64,000 nt of DNA, taken from a bacterium (lineage in GTDB: Bacteria > Patescibacteriota > Minisyncoccia > JBBINA01). Shown piece by piece: positions 42,084 through 51,849 of the stretch (its first letter is position 1; each line of letters opens with the position of its first letter). Both the position numbers and the translations under genes were made by a program. Where the stretch lies: positions 6,272-70,271 of the forward strand of contig JBBINA010000002.1 in NCBI GenBank assembly GCA_037444125.1, in the 5' to 3' direction. The notes beneath the pieces were generated by a model. That model was not told the DNA's origin. It saw nothing but the letters and a program-made list of their open reading frames with translations, and made no database searches.

Positions 42084-43274
42084 TTAATTAGCTAATTTTA
42101 ACTTTAAATCCTCCAAGACATTCATATAACTGAGGTAAGCTTCGTAAGGTGATTCATAAGGGTTAAAATATTTATGAACATCACCATCAGCAAACCATTT
42201 AGTACACATATAGTAAAAATGATCGGATGTCTGAAGATGTCTAAACAGATGAATTAAATCAGCTTTTCTTGTTTTAAAAACCTTACCATATAAACTATAC
42301 AGCTCCCTCGCGGCATCTCGCTGCAAATCATTACCTAGCCATGCCGATAAATCCCTTTCTATATCTGCCCAAGTAACTATCTGATGGCTATTATAAGTAG
42401 AGTATGGTTTTAATTTTTTAAAAGCTTCCATAGGTGTCACAAATTCAAAACCCCTAAATATAATCTCGCTTATAAAGCACTCAAGAAAATTAAAAATACC
42501 TGTTTCTTTTTTATGATGTTCGCCAAAAGTTTCAAAATCCATCATTAAACAAATTAAATCACCTGGTGCGCTTTCCAACCAATATAAATATTTATCCACA
42601 GTCAAAGGCCATTCTGGCCAACTTCTCTCTGAAAAACGAAACGCAATATCATCAGAAAGCCTGTAATTCTTCACTAATAAATAAGTTTTGCCATCTGTAG
42701 CCTGATACAAATAATTTGGAGACCTACCATTTAAAACCCTATCCGCTCCTTCTACCAATATAGCTTTAAAACCAAGCCGTGAAACCGTATAAGCAAGGTC
42801 ATTATTAAATAAAAGCTCGGTATTGCGAAAAGTTACTGGTTCAAAATCAAAAAGTTCACGAAATAAATTTTTTTGTTGTCTTACCTGACAATTGAATTCT
42901 TTAAGATTAAATATATATGATAAAGAGTGAAAATATGTTTCGGCAATTAACTCAACATTTTTATGTTCCACCAGAAATTTTATTTTTTCAATGATAGTGG
43001 GGAAAAATAGCTGAAGCTGCTCAATCAAAACGCCGCTAATCGACAGCGCTATCTTAAACCTGTTATGAAAATAACGACTAGCTTTTAAAAAGATATCAAG
43101 GGTTGGAAGATAACTTTCAAATGCCACCCTTTTTAAGATAGATTGATTTTTTTCTACATTAAAATAGTTATTAATATCCCGCTGTCCAATATCAAAAATA
43201 GTAAATCTTCTAAGACGTTTTGGCTGATGTAGATGTAAATAAAGTAGAACTTTTTTATTTTTTGTCATAACCAA
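42084..43274 (-). CDS. glycoside hydrolase family 57-like alpha-glucan enzyme
   Basis: N-terminal LHLHQP segment typical of GH57. Sits in the glycogen cluster. Confidence 0.5.
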   Translation of the reverse strand: MVMTKNKKVLLYLHLHQPKRLRRFTIFDIGQRDINNYFNVEKNQSILKRVAFESYLPTLDIFLKASRYFHNRFKIALSISGVLIEQLQLFFPTIIEKIKFLVEHKNVELIAETYFHSLSYIFNLKEFNCQVRQQKNLFRELFDFEPVTFRNTELLFNNDLAYTVSRLGFKAILVEGADRVLNGRSPNYLYQATDGKTYLLVKNYRLSDDIAFRFSERSWPEWPLTVDKYLYWLESAPGDLICLMMDFETFGEHHKKETGIFNFLECFISEIIFRGFEFVTPMEAFKKLKPYSTYNSHQIVTWADIERDLSAWLGNDLQRDAARELYSLYGKVFKTRKADLIHLFRHLQTSDHFYYMCTKWFADGDVHKYFNPYESPYEAYLSYMNVLEDLKLKLAN

Positions 43275-43292
43275 AAATTTAACCCTGCTATC

Positions 43293-44525
43293 TCAAGCAA
43301 AATTGAAAACATTTGATTCTAAAAGTGTGCTTATTTGTCTTGCAGAGCTAAGCCAACATGCTCCTAATGAATCCTTAAATACATTCATAGACATTTCACG
43401 CGATAATGGTTTATACTTCAAAAGGCCAACCACTTTATTGGAAAATTCTTTTGTATCCCAAAAATCAATCAAGAAAACATTTTTCAATATTTCTTTTACG
43501 CCGGAATTTTTGGAAAGTATAATTGGTACACCACAGGATGCCGCCTCTAAAGCCGCAATGCCAAACGGTTCAGATAAGGAAGGCATAACAAAAATATCAG
43601 CTCTACGGTACAATGAATATAGCTCATTATCCCGAAGGAAACCGGTAAAATAAATATGGCGCTGTAGCCCCAATTTACAAACCAAATTAAGCAACCTTCC
43701 CTCTTGCTCACCGGAACCAGCTATAACAAAGACAACACCCTTAACTCGCTTCAAAACATCTTCAGCTGCTCTAATCAAAAATTCAGCGCCCTTTTGAAAA
43801 GATAATCTACCCACAAACAAAACAACTCTTTTGCCGGCAAAAAATTTTATATCCAGAAGCGCATTCCTGTTCTTGGTAAAACCGTCAAAACCATTATAAA
43901 CTACATAAGTATTGGCGTCGCCGGCACCGTAATACTTTTTAAGAATATCTTTCTCATATTCGCTTACAGTTATAAGCAAATCGGAATTAGCTATCATCAT
44001 TTTTTCTATTTTATAAATAAGAGGGTCAACAAAAACAAAACCGCCAATATCATATGCCGTTGCATGAATATGCGAAATTAAGGGCTTGCCTGTTCTCTTC
44101 TTAATTAAATAAGCAGGTAAAAAAGTAAGCCAATCATGGTGGTAAATATAATCAAAATAACCAATTTTTTCCAGTAATTCTTCTATAGCGGAACAATAAA
44201 AAGATATTGTTTTAAAAACAAAGTCGTTCCTAAATTCCCAAAAACATTTATCTTTATTTTTTAAACAAAAACTGGCGCTACTAACCGGCAAATAGGCCGA
44301 TGGTTGCCCTTGAAATTCAACCAAACCTCCCGGCAATATATCTTCCAAAAAAATAAATTTAATTTCCGGAGATTCAATATCTAATTTTCTTGGTAGCACA
44401 AAAATGATCTCATAACCCAGCTCACCCAACGACTCGGCTATTCCTTTTGAAGCAGGCCCAAGACCTCCACTATTATATGGTGGCCACTCCCAACCCAACA
44501 TAAGAATTTTTTTTCTCCAACCCAC
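43293..44525 (-). CDS. glycogen synthase-like glycosyltransferase (GT-B)
   Basis: N-terminal GWEWPPYNSGGLG and C-terminal EPFGIAALEAASCGVPII (E-x7-E) motifs. Confidence 0.6.
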   Translation of the reverse strand: MGWRKKILMLGWEWPPYNSGGLGPASKGIAESLGELGYEIIFVLPRKLDIESPEIKFIFLEDILPGGLVEFQGQPSAYLPVSSASFCLKNKDKCFWEFRNDFVFKTISFYCSAIEELLEKIGYFDYIYHHDWLTFLPAYLIKKRTGKPLISHIHATAYDIGGFVFVDPLIYKIEKMMIANSDLLITVSEYEKDILKKYYGAGDANTYVVYNGFDGFTKNRNALLDIKFFAGKRVVLFVGRLSFQKGAEFLIRAAEDVLKRVKGVVFVIAGSGEQEGRLLNLVCKLGLQRHIYFTGFLRDNELYSLYRRADIFVMPSLSEPFGIAALEAASCGVPIILSKNSGVKEILKNVFLIDFWDTKEFSNKVVGLLKYKPLSREMSMNVFKDSLGACWLSSARQISTLLESNVFNFA

Positions 44526-44618
44526 AATAGCCTCTTTTAAAAATTTACCTACATTATAAAATATTAACTTTTTTTTGCAAGTAGCTTTCTAGCTCCAACT
44601 ACTTATAAATGGCTTAAA

Positions 44619-45743
44619 TCAAGCAATATCCACAATATTATCTCCACTTCTCACTAAATTGCTTCGCAAATTGAAAATAATTCCAATAAGAATCATATAA
44701 GATAATTGGTTTGAACCTCCATAGGACAAGAAAGGTAAGGAATTTCCACTTACCGGCAAAACACCTAATGCGCCTCCAATATTCAAAACAATCGAGGAAG
44801 CAAAAAAAAGAACAAATGATAAAATAAAAATCTTATGACTAACCGATAAACCGGTTTCAACTAAATAAGAAAGCAAAATTTTGATTATAAGAAAATAAAT
44901 TAATACTAAATATATACCTCCCACCAGCCCAAAACCTTCAATAAAAGTCGAGAAAATAAAATCGTTATAAGCATTAGGCAAAAATCCATACTTTGATTGA
45001 TTAATATTGACCAAACCTTTACCCCATAACCCACCAGAACTTATAGCTACACGTGACTGAATAATGCTGTAGCCCTTGCCTAATGGATCCTCGTAAGGAA
45101 AAAGGGGACCAACTATTCTCTCTTTCTGATAATCCTTCAAAACATAATTCCAAGAGAAAAAAGCCAAAACAATGAATGAAATAAAAAACAAAATAAGTTG
45201 AACTGGTTTTATTTTTAAATAGAGCAATAAAAAAAACCAATATAATAAAAATAAAACGGCTGAGGAAAAATCCGGCTCTAAAATAATTAATAAAATCACT
45301 GGCAATAGATACACTAACGACCCAACAATATGTATAAAACGATAGGCTTCAAAATATCTTTTGGAAAAAAACTTAGCATAAAGAAAAATAAGCGCAATTT
45401 TCATAAACTCAGACGGTTGCAAGGTAAATAAACCTGTCTCTATCCATCGCCTAGAACCTTTTATAGGCTCAAACATTAACGGATACAGCAACAATCCCAA
45501 CGAAATAAAGTACAAACCAAAAACAAAAATCTTATTATCTTTTAATTTATTAAAGTCAAATAAGCTAGCCAAACCAAACATCAATAAAATAGATGAAACA
45601 GAATAAACTATAGAACGGATGAAAATACCACGACCATCATTAATATAATCTTTAAGAACAAAAAGTATTAAAACTTGAAAAAAAAATAAGCAGAAAATTA
45701 AAAAAACCACCCGCAAATCTGCTTTTTTAAAAATGTCTAACAT
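44619..45743 (-). CDS. SEDS family peptidoglycan glycosyltransferase (FtsW/RodA)
   Basis: 10-TM protein with the conserved PNAYNDFIFSTFIEGFGLVGG region. Confidence 0.8.
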   Translation of the reverse strand: MLDIFKKADLRVVFLIFCLFFFQVLILFVLKDYINDGRGIFIRSIVYSVSSILLMFGLASLFDFNKLKDNKIFVFGLYFISLGLLLYPLMFEPIKGSRRWIETGLFTLQPSEFMKIALIFLYAKFFSKRYFEAYRFIHIVGSLVYLLPVILLIILEPDFSSAVLFLLYWFFLLLYLKIKPVQLILFFISFIVLAFFSWNYVLKDYQKERIVGPLFPYEDPLGKGYSIIQSRVAISSGGLWGKGLVNINQSKYGFLPNAYNDFIFSTFIEGFGLVGGIYLVLIYFLIIKILLSYLVETGLSVSHKIFILSFVLFFASSIVLNIGGALGVLPVSGNSLPFLSYGGSNQLSYMILIGIIFNLRSNLVRSGDNIVDIA

Positions 45744-45758
45744 ATGAAAAAACTATAA

Positions 45759-46184
45759 TCAGTCCTTCACTTCTATACCCATATTTTTTGCCGTAGCTGT
45801 AATAATTTTAATTGCCCGATCAAGGTCAGCAGTGTTTAAATCAGACATTTTCAATTTAGCTATTTCCTGTACCTGAGCAAAAGTTATATTACCGACTATT
45901 TCTTTTTTAGAATTTTTAGAACCAGACTCAACCTTGGCAAATTTTTTAATCAAATCTGATGTTTTCGGCGTTTTAACAATAATATCAAAAGATCTATCTT
46001 CATATATGAGTACCCTAACATTCAAAAGATAACCCTTCTTATCCTTAGTCATCTCGTTAAATCTCTTGGTAAACTCACCTATGTTAATAGCATTTTGACC
46101 TAAAATTGGTCCCAACGGATGCGCAGGAGTAGCTTCACCTCCTTTAATTTCAAGTTTCAGTATTGATTTAATTTTTTTTGCCAT
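45759..46184 (-). CDS. rplK: 50S ribosomal protein L11
   Basis: KLEIKGGEATPAHPLGPILGQ signature. Follows nusG. Confidence 0.95.
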   Translation of the reverse strand: MAKKIKSILKLEIKGGEATPAHPLGPILGQNAINIGEFTKRFNEMTKDKKGYLLNVRVLIYEDRSFDIIVKTPKTSDLIKKFAKVESGSKNSKKEIVGNITFAQVQEIAKLKMSDLNTADLDRAIKIITATAKNMGIEVKD

Positions 46185-46205
46185 TTTAACAATAAGTTAT
46201 AACAG

Positions 46206-46751
46206 CTATAATTTTTTAACTTGTAAAAAATCTAACTCCAAGGGTGTCTCTCGACCAAAAAGATTAATTAAAATCTTTACCTTTCCCTTGTTATAATCAA
46301 TATTTTCAACCTTACCTTCATAGTCTTTAAATGGACCCTCAAGTATTTTAACCGTATCGCCAATAGCAAGATCAACTTTATATGATGGGTCCTTTGTTTC
46401 CATCAAATTTTTGATAACATCAACTTGTTCCTTAGGAATAGCTAGCGGAGTTGAACCTGCACCAACAAAGCCAGTCACTCTCTGAGTATTACGAACCACA
46501 TACCACGATTCATCATCGACAACCATATCAACAAAAACATAGCCAGGATATAATTTTTCTTCAATAACTTTCCTTTTATTGCCCACAACTTTAATTTTTT
46601 TTATCTTGGGCACAATTACATTAAAAATTTTATTTTCCATATTAAGGGTCTTAATTCTAGTCTTTAAATTCCTTAAAACCGCATCCTCGTATCCTGAATA
46701 TGTATGAACAGCATACCAATTCCGACCCAAACTTAAAACTTGTTTTGGCAT
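46206..46751 (-). CDS. nusG: transcription termination/antitermination factor NusG
   Basis: NGN domain (NWYAVHTYSGYE) plus KOW motif. Confidence 0.9.
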   Translation of the reverse strand: MPKQVLSLGRNWYAVHTYSGYEDAVLRNLKTRIKTLNMENKIFNVIVPKIKKIKVVGNKRKVIEEKLYPGYVFVDMVVDDESWYVVRNTQRVTGFVGAGSTPLAIPKEQVDVIKNLMETKDPSYKVDLAIGDTVKILEGPFKDYEGKVENIDYNKGKVKILINLFGRETPLELDFLQVKKL

Positions 46752-46770
46752 ATTACCTTTTTATTTAATT

Positions 46771-46959
46771 TTATTTAATTATAAATCTTAATAAAATTCT
46801 ATTCAAAACAAAATCAAGCAATCCTAAATAAACTGCCACTAAACCTGAAATAACAATAACAATCACCGATGACCTGGTGAGCTCTTCCCTGTTTAACCAA
46901 GTAACCTGCCTCATTTCCTCCCTAACGCCTAAAAGATAATCTTTAATTTTACCCAACAT
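46771..46959 (-). CDS. secE: preprotein translocase subunit SecE
   Basis: 62 aa with a single C-terminal TM. Conserved position upstream of nusG. Confidence 0.7.
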   Translation of the reverse strand: MLGKIKDYLLGVREEMRQVTWLNREELTRSSVIVIVISGLVAVYLGLLDFVLNRILLRFIIK

Positions 46960-47043
46960 TTAACTAATAATATAATTAAAAAACACAACTTTGTAATATA
47001 TTATACTTACAGCTACTAAAAATTGCAATAATTAAACTAAAAA

Positions 47044-48243
47044 TTATTGGAAAAACTTTATTGCTTCTTCAAGAATTTCGTCAATATTATTATCCGGGAT
47101 ATCCTTTACTTCTAAATCTGGCGTTATACCTTTGTTGTTAATAATCTCTCCCGAGGGCCGCGACCATTCAGCTATTGTGTATTTAAGAGAAGATTCATCA
47201 TGTAATCTCTCAAGGGTCTGCACTGAACCTTTGCCAAATGATTTTTGACCGATAATATATGCACCTAAATGATCCTTGAGAGCGCCAGCTAAAATCTCAG
47301 CCGCTGAAGCTGTCCCATTATTAATGAGAACTACTATTTTAACTTTTCCAAGGCTACCGGGCCCGGGCGAATATAAACTTCTCATTACTTTATCTAACCT
47401 GACTTCGCTTGTAACAACCTTATCTTTTTCCAAAAACCAACCAGCAATTTCCACACTTGCATCTAGTAAACCACCAGGATTATTACGCAAATCCAAAATT
47501 AAACCATTTAATTTGTTCTGACTTGTCAGTTCACGGCCAGCTTTTGAAAATTCACGTACTGAATTCTCGTTAAAATTAAATAACTTTAAATAGTAAATTC
47601 CTGGTTTTGGTTGAGATAAATTATATACCGGTATTTTAATCTTTCGACGAATAATATTAAATTCCTTAGCTTCCTTAAATTCATCTCTGAATATCAACAA
47701 TTTGACTCCAGTGCCTTCTCTACCCCTAATAAGACTCACGGCACTTTCCAAAGTCATATCCTGTGTTTCTTTATCATTAATCTTTAAAATCTTATCTCCA
47801 GCTTTTAAGCCAGCTACTTGCGCCGGCGTGCCTTCAAGCGGCGCCACTACAGTCAAAATGCCGTTCCTAATTCCAATCTCAATACCAATACCACTAAATT
47901 CGCCTGAAATATCATCATAAAAACGCTTCGCTAGCGAAGGCTCAAGGAATTCCGTATAAGGATCGTCTAAACTTCTCGTCATACCCTGTATGGCTCCGTA
48001 TAAAGATTTTTTAGGCTCAAGTTTCTCTGGTTTATAATAATTTTTCTTCAAGATATTATAAACTTCCCAAAACAATGACATATCAAAACCATCAACATCA
48101 ATACCATTAGTTGTGATATCAGTAACGCTTAAATCGTTACTATTCCTAGCTAATAAATCAAATTTATCCTCCACCAAAATCCCGATTGTAAATGAAAAAA
48201 TAAAAAAAACAATTAGTATTAAATTAGAAAATACTTTTTTCAT
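47044..48243 (-). CDS. ctpA: C-terminal processing peptidase (S41 family, PDZ domain)
   Basis: PDZ segment plus the S41 catalytic region GTASAAEILAGALKD. Confidence 0.8.
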   Translation of the reverse strand: MKKVFSNLILIVFFIFSFTIGILVEDKFDLLARNSNDLSVTDITTNGIDVDGFDMSLFWEVYNILKKNYYKPEKLEPKKSLYGAIQGMTRSLDDPYTEFLEPSLAKRFYDDISGEFSGIGIEIGIRNGILTVVAPLEGTPAQVAGLKAGDKILKINDKETQDMTLESAVSLIRGREGTGVKLLIFRDEFKEAKEFNIIRRKIKIPVYNLSQPKPGIYYLKLFNFNENSVREFSKAGRELTSQNKLNGLILDLRNNPGGLLDASVEIAGWFLEKDKVVTSEVRLDKVMRSLYSPGPGSLGKVKIVVLINNGTASAAEILAGALKDHLGAYIIGQKSFGKGSVQTLERLHDESSLKYTIAEWSRPSGEIINNKGITPDLEVKDIPDNNIDEILEEAIKFFQ

Positions 48244-49287
48244 TTATTTAAATAAAGAATTCCTCAATTTAATAAATTCATCCCTAATCGGCAACAAAAC
48301 ATATTGCCCGCCAACATTAGTTTGAATAATAGATGCTCCATCAGGCAAAAGGGTGCGTGTTTGTATCTTATCAAAATTAATTTTATCGTGCAATAAATTG
48401 TAATAAAAAATAATATTAGATAACCCAACATCGGTCTTAATATGCTTACCTATAGTCATATATAGCTGAGTTATTTTATTAATGTCATCAAAACCCAATA
48501 AACGCGCCTTATCAGCAACTGCCTTTATCACCATTACAACTCGCTGTTGCCTATCAAAATCTGAACTTGAAAATCTTGACCGAATAAATTTTAAAGCAAC
48601 CTCGCCCTCTAAATGATTGACGCCTTTTGGCAAAACAAATTTCTCGCAATTTCTGCCATAAATATCGCAATCCCACTGCTTATCTTCTATAAAATCATTT
48701 TCTAGAGTGATATCGATACCGCCAACCAAATCTACAATCTGCAAAAACATATTAAAATCTACAACAACTACATGATTAATATAGACACCCAACAACCTTG
48801 AGAAAAAGTGCCTGGAAAAAGCTAAACCTTCCTTAATGCCGCCATTAACCATACCATAGTTATAAACAGCATTAACCTTTTCCCTTTTGCCTAAACCCGG
48901 GACGTAAACAAAAAGGTCTCTGGGTATAATAGTAATATTAGAATTTCCACTCTTAAAATCATAAGAAAATAATAAAATAGTATCTGTAAGCAAACCCCCG
49001 TTATTGTCATTCTCGCCTCTTATGCCTAGAATTAATAAATTAATAGTGTCGCTATTATCAACGGGCATTTTTTTTAAAAGTATATTGTCATCGGTTAGTA
49101 TAAATTGATTGCCACTATTCTTGAACGAAAAATCGCCTTTAAATTTTTCGAAGATAATTGATTTATTTGAACTAATACTAAAAGATCGTTTATATAAATT
49201 AGCGGCACTTAAAAATAAAACAGCAAAAACAAATATTAAGATTAGTATTGCCAAAATAAAAAAATATTGTCGTATTCTAACTATCAT
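48244..49287 (-). CDS. LytR-CpsA-Psr (LCP) family cell-envelope phosphotransferase
   Basis: N-terminal TM. ILGIRGEN...GLLTDTILLFSYD core is LCP-like. Confidence 0.7.
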   Translation of the reverse strand: MIVRIRQYFFILAILILIFVFAVLFLSAANLYKRSFSISSNKSIIFEKFKGDFSFKNSGNQFILTDDNILLKKMPVDNSDTINLLILGIRGENDNNGGLLTDTILLFSYDFKSGNSNITIIPRDLFVYVPGLGKREKVNAVYNYGMVNGGIKEGLAFSRHFFSRLLGVYINHVVVVDFNMFLQIVDLVGGIDITLENDFIEDKQWDCDIYGRNCEKFVLPKGVNHLEGEVALKFIRSRFSSSDFDRQQRVVMVIKAVADKARLLGFDDINKITQLYMTIGKHIKTDVGLSNIIFYYNLLHDKINFDKIQTRTLLPDGASIIQTNVGGQYVLLPIRDEFIKLRNSLFK

Positions 49288-49304
49288 TTCGCAAATAATA
49301 AGTT

Positions 49305-51842
49305 TTAATAAATTTTCTTAATTTCCGTATTAAAATAATATTTGTTTAAAATGTCTTCGGATTTAAAACTATATAAAGCCATCTCGCGAGCGCCCTGCAA
49401 TGATAAACCAACACCATGACTTATTTTCATATAATCTGTAAGGTGTTTTGTGCTTGGCAAATCTTCAACGCCTCCCCATAAAAAAGGGTATTTTTCATAT
49501 TCAGAACCTAAAACTTGTCTAGCATCCTTACTTAAACCACCAGTATCTAACGACAACCTCGCAAAAGCAATATCGCCATCATACCATATAACATAGCCAT
49601 TAGTACTATCTACTGCTTTAGCTAAATTAGGTAAAGAAACTTCATTATCATAACCTATATAAATTAAACCTTCTTCACTCCTGTTAATATCATAATATTT
49701 ACGCGCCAAACTAGAAGAATAAAACTTAAATAAGACATAACTCCGCAAAGCTATAATTGCTGCTTTTAAAAATTCATCCCGATCATCGTCACCAAATCCC
49801 GCTATTCCTTTAAGATAATCCTCGATCTTTAATTGATTAATAATCAAAAAACTGCCATTACCATATGGATTATAATCAATTAGAATTTTGCCTCGTAACT
49901 TAATATTCTGCGCCACATCCAAACTACCTCCAAAACTAACTTCCATCACCACTTCATCTGAATCCCCTTGTAAAACAATAGGCAAGTTATAACCTCTTAA
50001 TATATCACCGATTCTAAAAGTTAAAGTGTTATCTTTAGTGAAACTTTCAATCTTTTTATTTTGGCCATCAGCTAAATTAAAAAAACCATTAGCTTTCACC
50101 CTAACAACCTCTTCTAGCGCTGCCGACGAAAATTCATATGACTTTAACAAAACTTTTATCTCAGGATTTATCTTATCCCTTTTTTCAAGATTTAACAACA
50201 TTTCGCGAATTTCCCTCAAATCATTCTCGCTAAATATATTACCGCTATTTTCATAAAAATTAAGTTCGCTAACATCAACTCGTCTTATATTTTTATTGTT
50301 TAAACCTAATTTTGTCAATATAGACTGATTTTCTATTTTAATCTTTTTGCCACCTTCAATATAATAAATATTATCACTATCTGGAGTTTTAAGAAGCGAA
50401 CCATCTTGATGATAAAGTGGTTTACCTGTAGGTATATTTCTTAATTCGTCATCAGGCAAAACCAAGATTTTGGCTGAAGAAAATTTATACTGCTTAAACA
50501 CATCATAACTAACTATGTGTCTCTTTTTGCCTTTTTCTAAGTAATAAATTTTAAAGGAATCGGCGCTTTTTACAATTGTACCATCAGGCAGATAAATAGG
50601 TTCGCCTATTTTAAGAAGTTTAAAATTAGCTGGTTCTATTTCAATTAAGTTTAACCCTGCAAATCTCTTGTCTTCTTTTAAAATTATGTTGTTTGAAATA
50701 TGGCGTAAGGTACTATTTTGCGAAAAGTAAATTTTATAATCTCCTTTTTGTCTTACCAAAAAACCGTCTGGAAACGGCGCTGATTCGCCTAAAGTATATT
50801 TTGCTAGCTTGACTTCGTCAACTTCTATTTTTTTTAAATCCTTATACGGCTCCAATGACAACATTTCCGGAATAACTAGATACGCAGAATTTTCCTTAAC
50901 AAAATAATAAAAGGGTTTATGGCGAATTTTAACTATGCTATTATTGATATTCAAATCAGTCTTTACGTCAAAGAAAGATGCCAATTCTGAATCAAGCTCC
51001 AAAACAAGATTACCTATTTTTGTTTTTTCAACCAATTGACCATTTGAAAACTCATACAACTTTTTTCTAGCCACGCTTCCCTCGCCTTTTATAGAAAATA
51101 AGTAATTAGAGTATCTTTTGGCTTCCTCAAAAACTTCAACGCGAAATTTTTTTAAATCCAAACTCTCCAAATCTCTGTGCAATCTATCCAAATCACTATG
51201 TTTTAATATAGAACTTCCGCTATATCGATATCTAAAAGCGCCGCCTCCTAAACAAGAACTGGCAACCTTATCATCCTGCCACAACATCTGGCTAGTGACC
51301 GATGACATATTATTAGCATAAATAAGGAAACCAACTAGTTTTTTTAACGCTTCATATTGAGAAGCAGGAATAGCCTCCTTCTCATAATTACCTATTAAAG
51401 CAATACTGATTGAGCCATAATCATAATTAACACACTTTTCCTTATCGTAAGCATCGGCTCCGATTATTCCATTTTGACCATCTCTTCCGCGGTAAATATT
51501 GCCTAAACGATCAATAATAAAATGATAACCTATATCATCGTATTTCTTAACATAGCGGTGAAAAAGATAAGTATTATAAATAATAGAAGCGGCATTAACT
51601 GTACCGCTATTGCAATTTGGATTTCTCTGGCCGTCATCTAGCAACACCTCACATTCTAAATCATGCAGTATAATAAGTTCTGGTTTTTTATAGACTGTAG
51701 TGGTAGCTAAAGGAGACGCTACGCCCTTAAACCAAACTGAGCGACTTAAAACCTTTGGCAACACACCATCTTGCCCATAGGCTAAAAGAGGCGCACCACC
51801 AAAAAATAATAATAATAGAGACAAAAAAATCTTAAACCGCAT
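49305..51842 (-). CDS. secreted peptidoglycan hydrolase: N-acetylmuramoyl-L-alanine amidase (amidase_2) fused to SpoIID/LytB domain
   Basis: The N-terminal IGYHFIIDRLGNIYRGR is amidase_2-like. The C-terminal EDYLKGIAG, ALRSY, AVDSTNGYVIWYDG and HGVGLSLQGA match the SpoIID/LytB pattern. Confidence 0.6.
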   Translation of the reverse strand: MRFKIFLSLLLLFFGGAPLLAYGQDGVLPKVLSRSVWFKGVASPLATTTVYKKPELIILHDLECEVLLDDGQRNPNCNSGTVNAASIIYNTYLFHRYVKKYDDIGYHFIIDRLGNIYRGRDGQNGIIGADAYDKEKCVNYDYGSISIALIGNYEKEAIPASQYEALKKLVGFLIYANNMSSVTSQMLWQDDKVASSCLGGGAFRYRYSGSSILKHSDLDRLHRDLESLDLKKFRVEVFEEAKRYSNYLFSIKGEGSVARKKLYEFSNGQLVEKTKIGNLVLELDSELASFFDVKTDLNINNSIVKIRHKPFYYFVKENSAYLVIPEMLSLEPYKDLKKIEVDEVKLAKYTLGESAPFPDGFLVRQKGDYKIYFSQNSTLRHISNNIILKEDKRFAGLNLIEIEPANFKLLKIGEPIYLPDGTIVKSADSFKIYYLEKGKKRHIVSYDVFKQYKFSSAKILVLPDDELRNIPTGKPLYHQDGSLLKTPDSDNIYYIEGGKKIKIENQSILTKLGLNNKNIRRVDVSELNFYENSGNIFSENDLREIREMLLNLEKRDKINPEIKVLLKSYEFSSAALEEVVRVKANGFFNLADGQNKKIESFTKDNTLTFRIGDILRGYNLPIVLQGDSDEVVMEVSFGGSLDVAQNIKLRGKILIDYNPYGNGSFLIINQLKIEDYLKGIAGFGDDDRDEFLKAAIIALRSYVLFKFYSSSLARKYYDINRSEEGLIYIGYDNEVSLPNLAKAVDSTNGYVIWYDGDIAFARLSLDTGGLSKDARQVLGSEYEKYPFLWGGVEDLPSTKHLTDYMKISHGVGLSLQGAREMALYSFKSEDILNKYYFNTEIKKIY

Positions 51843-51849
51843 AGTAACT

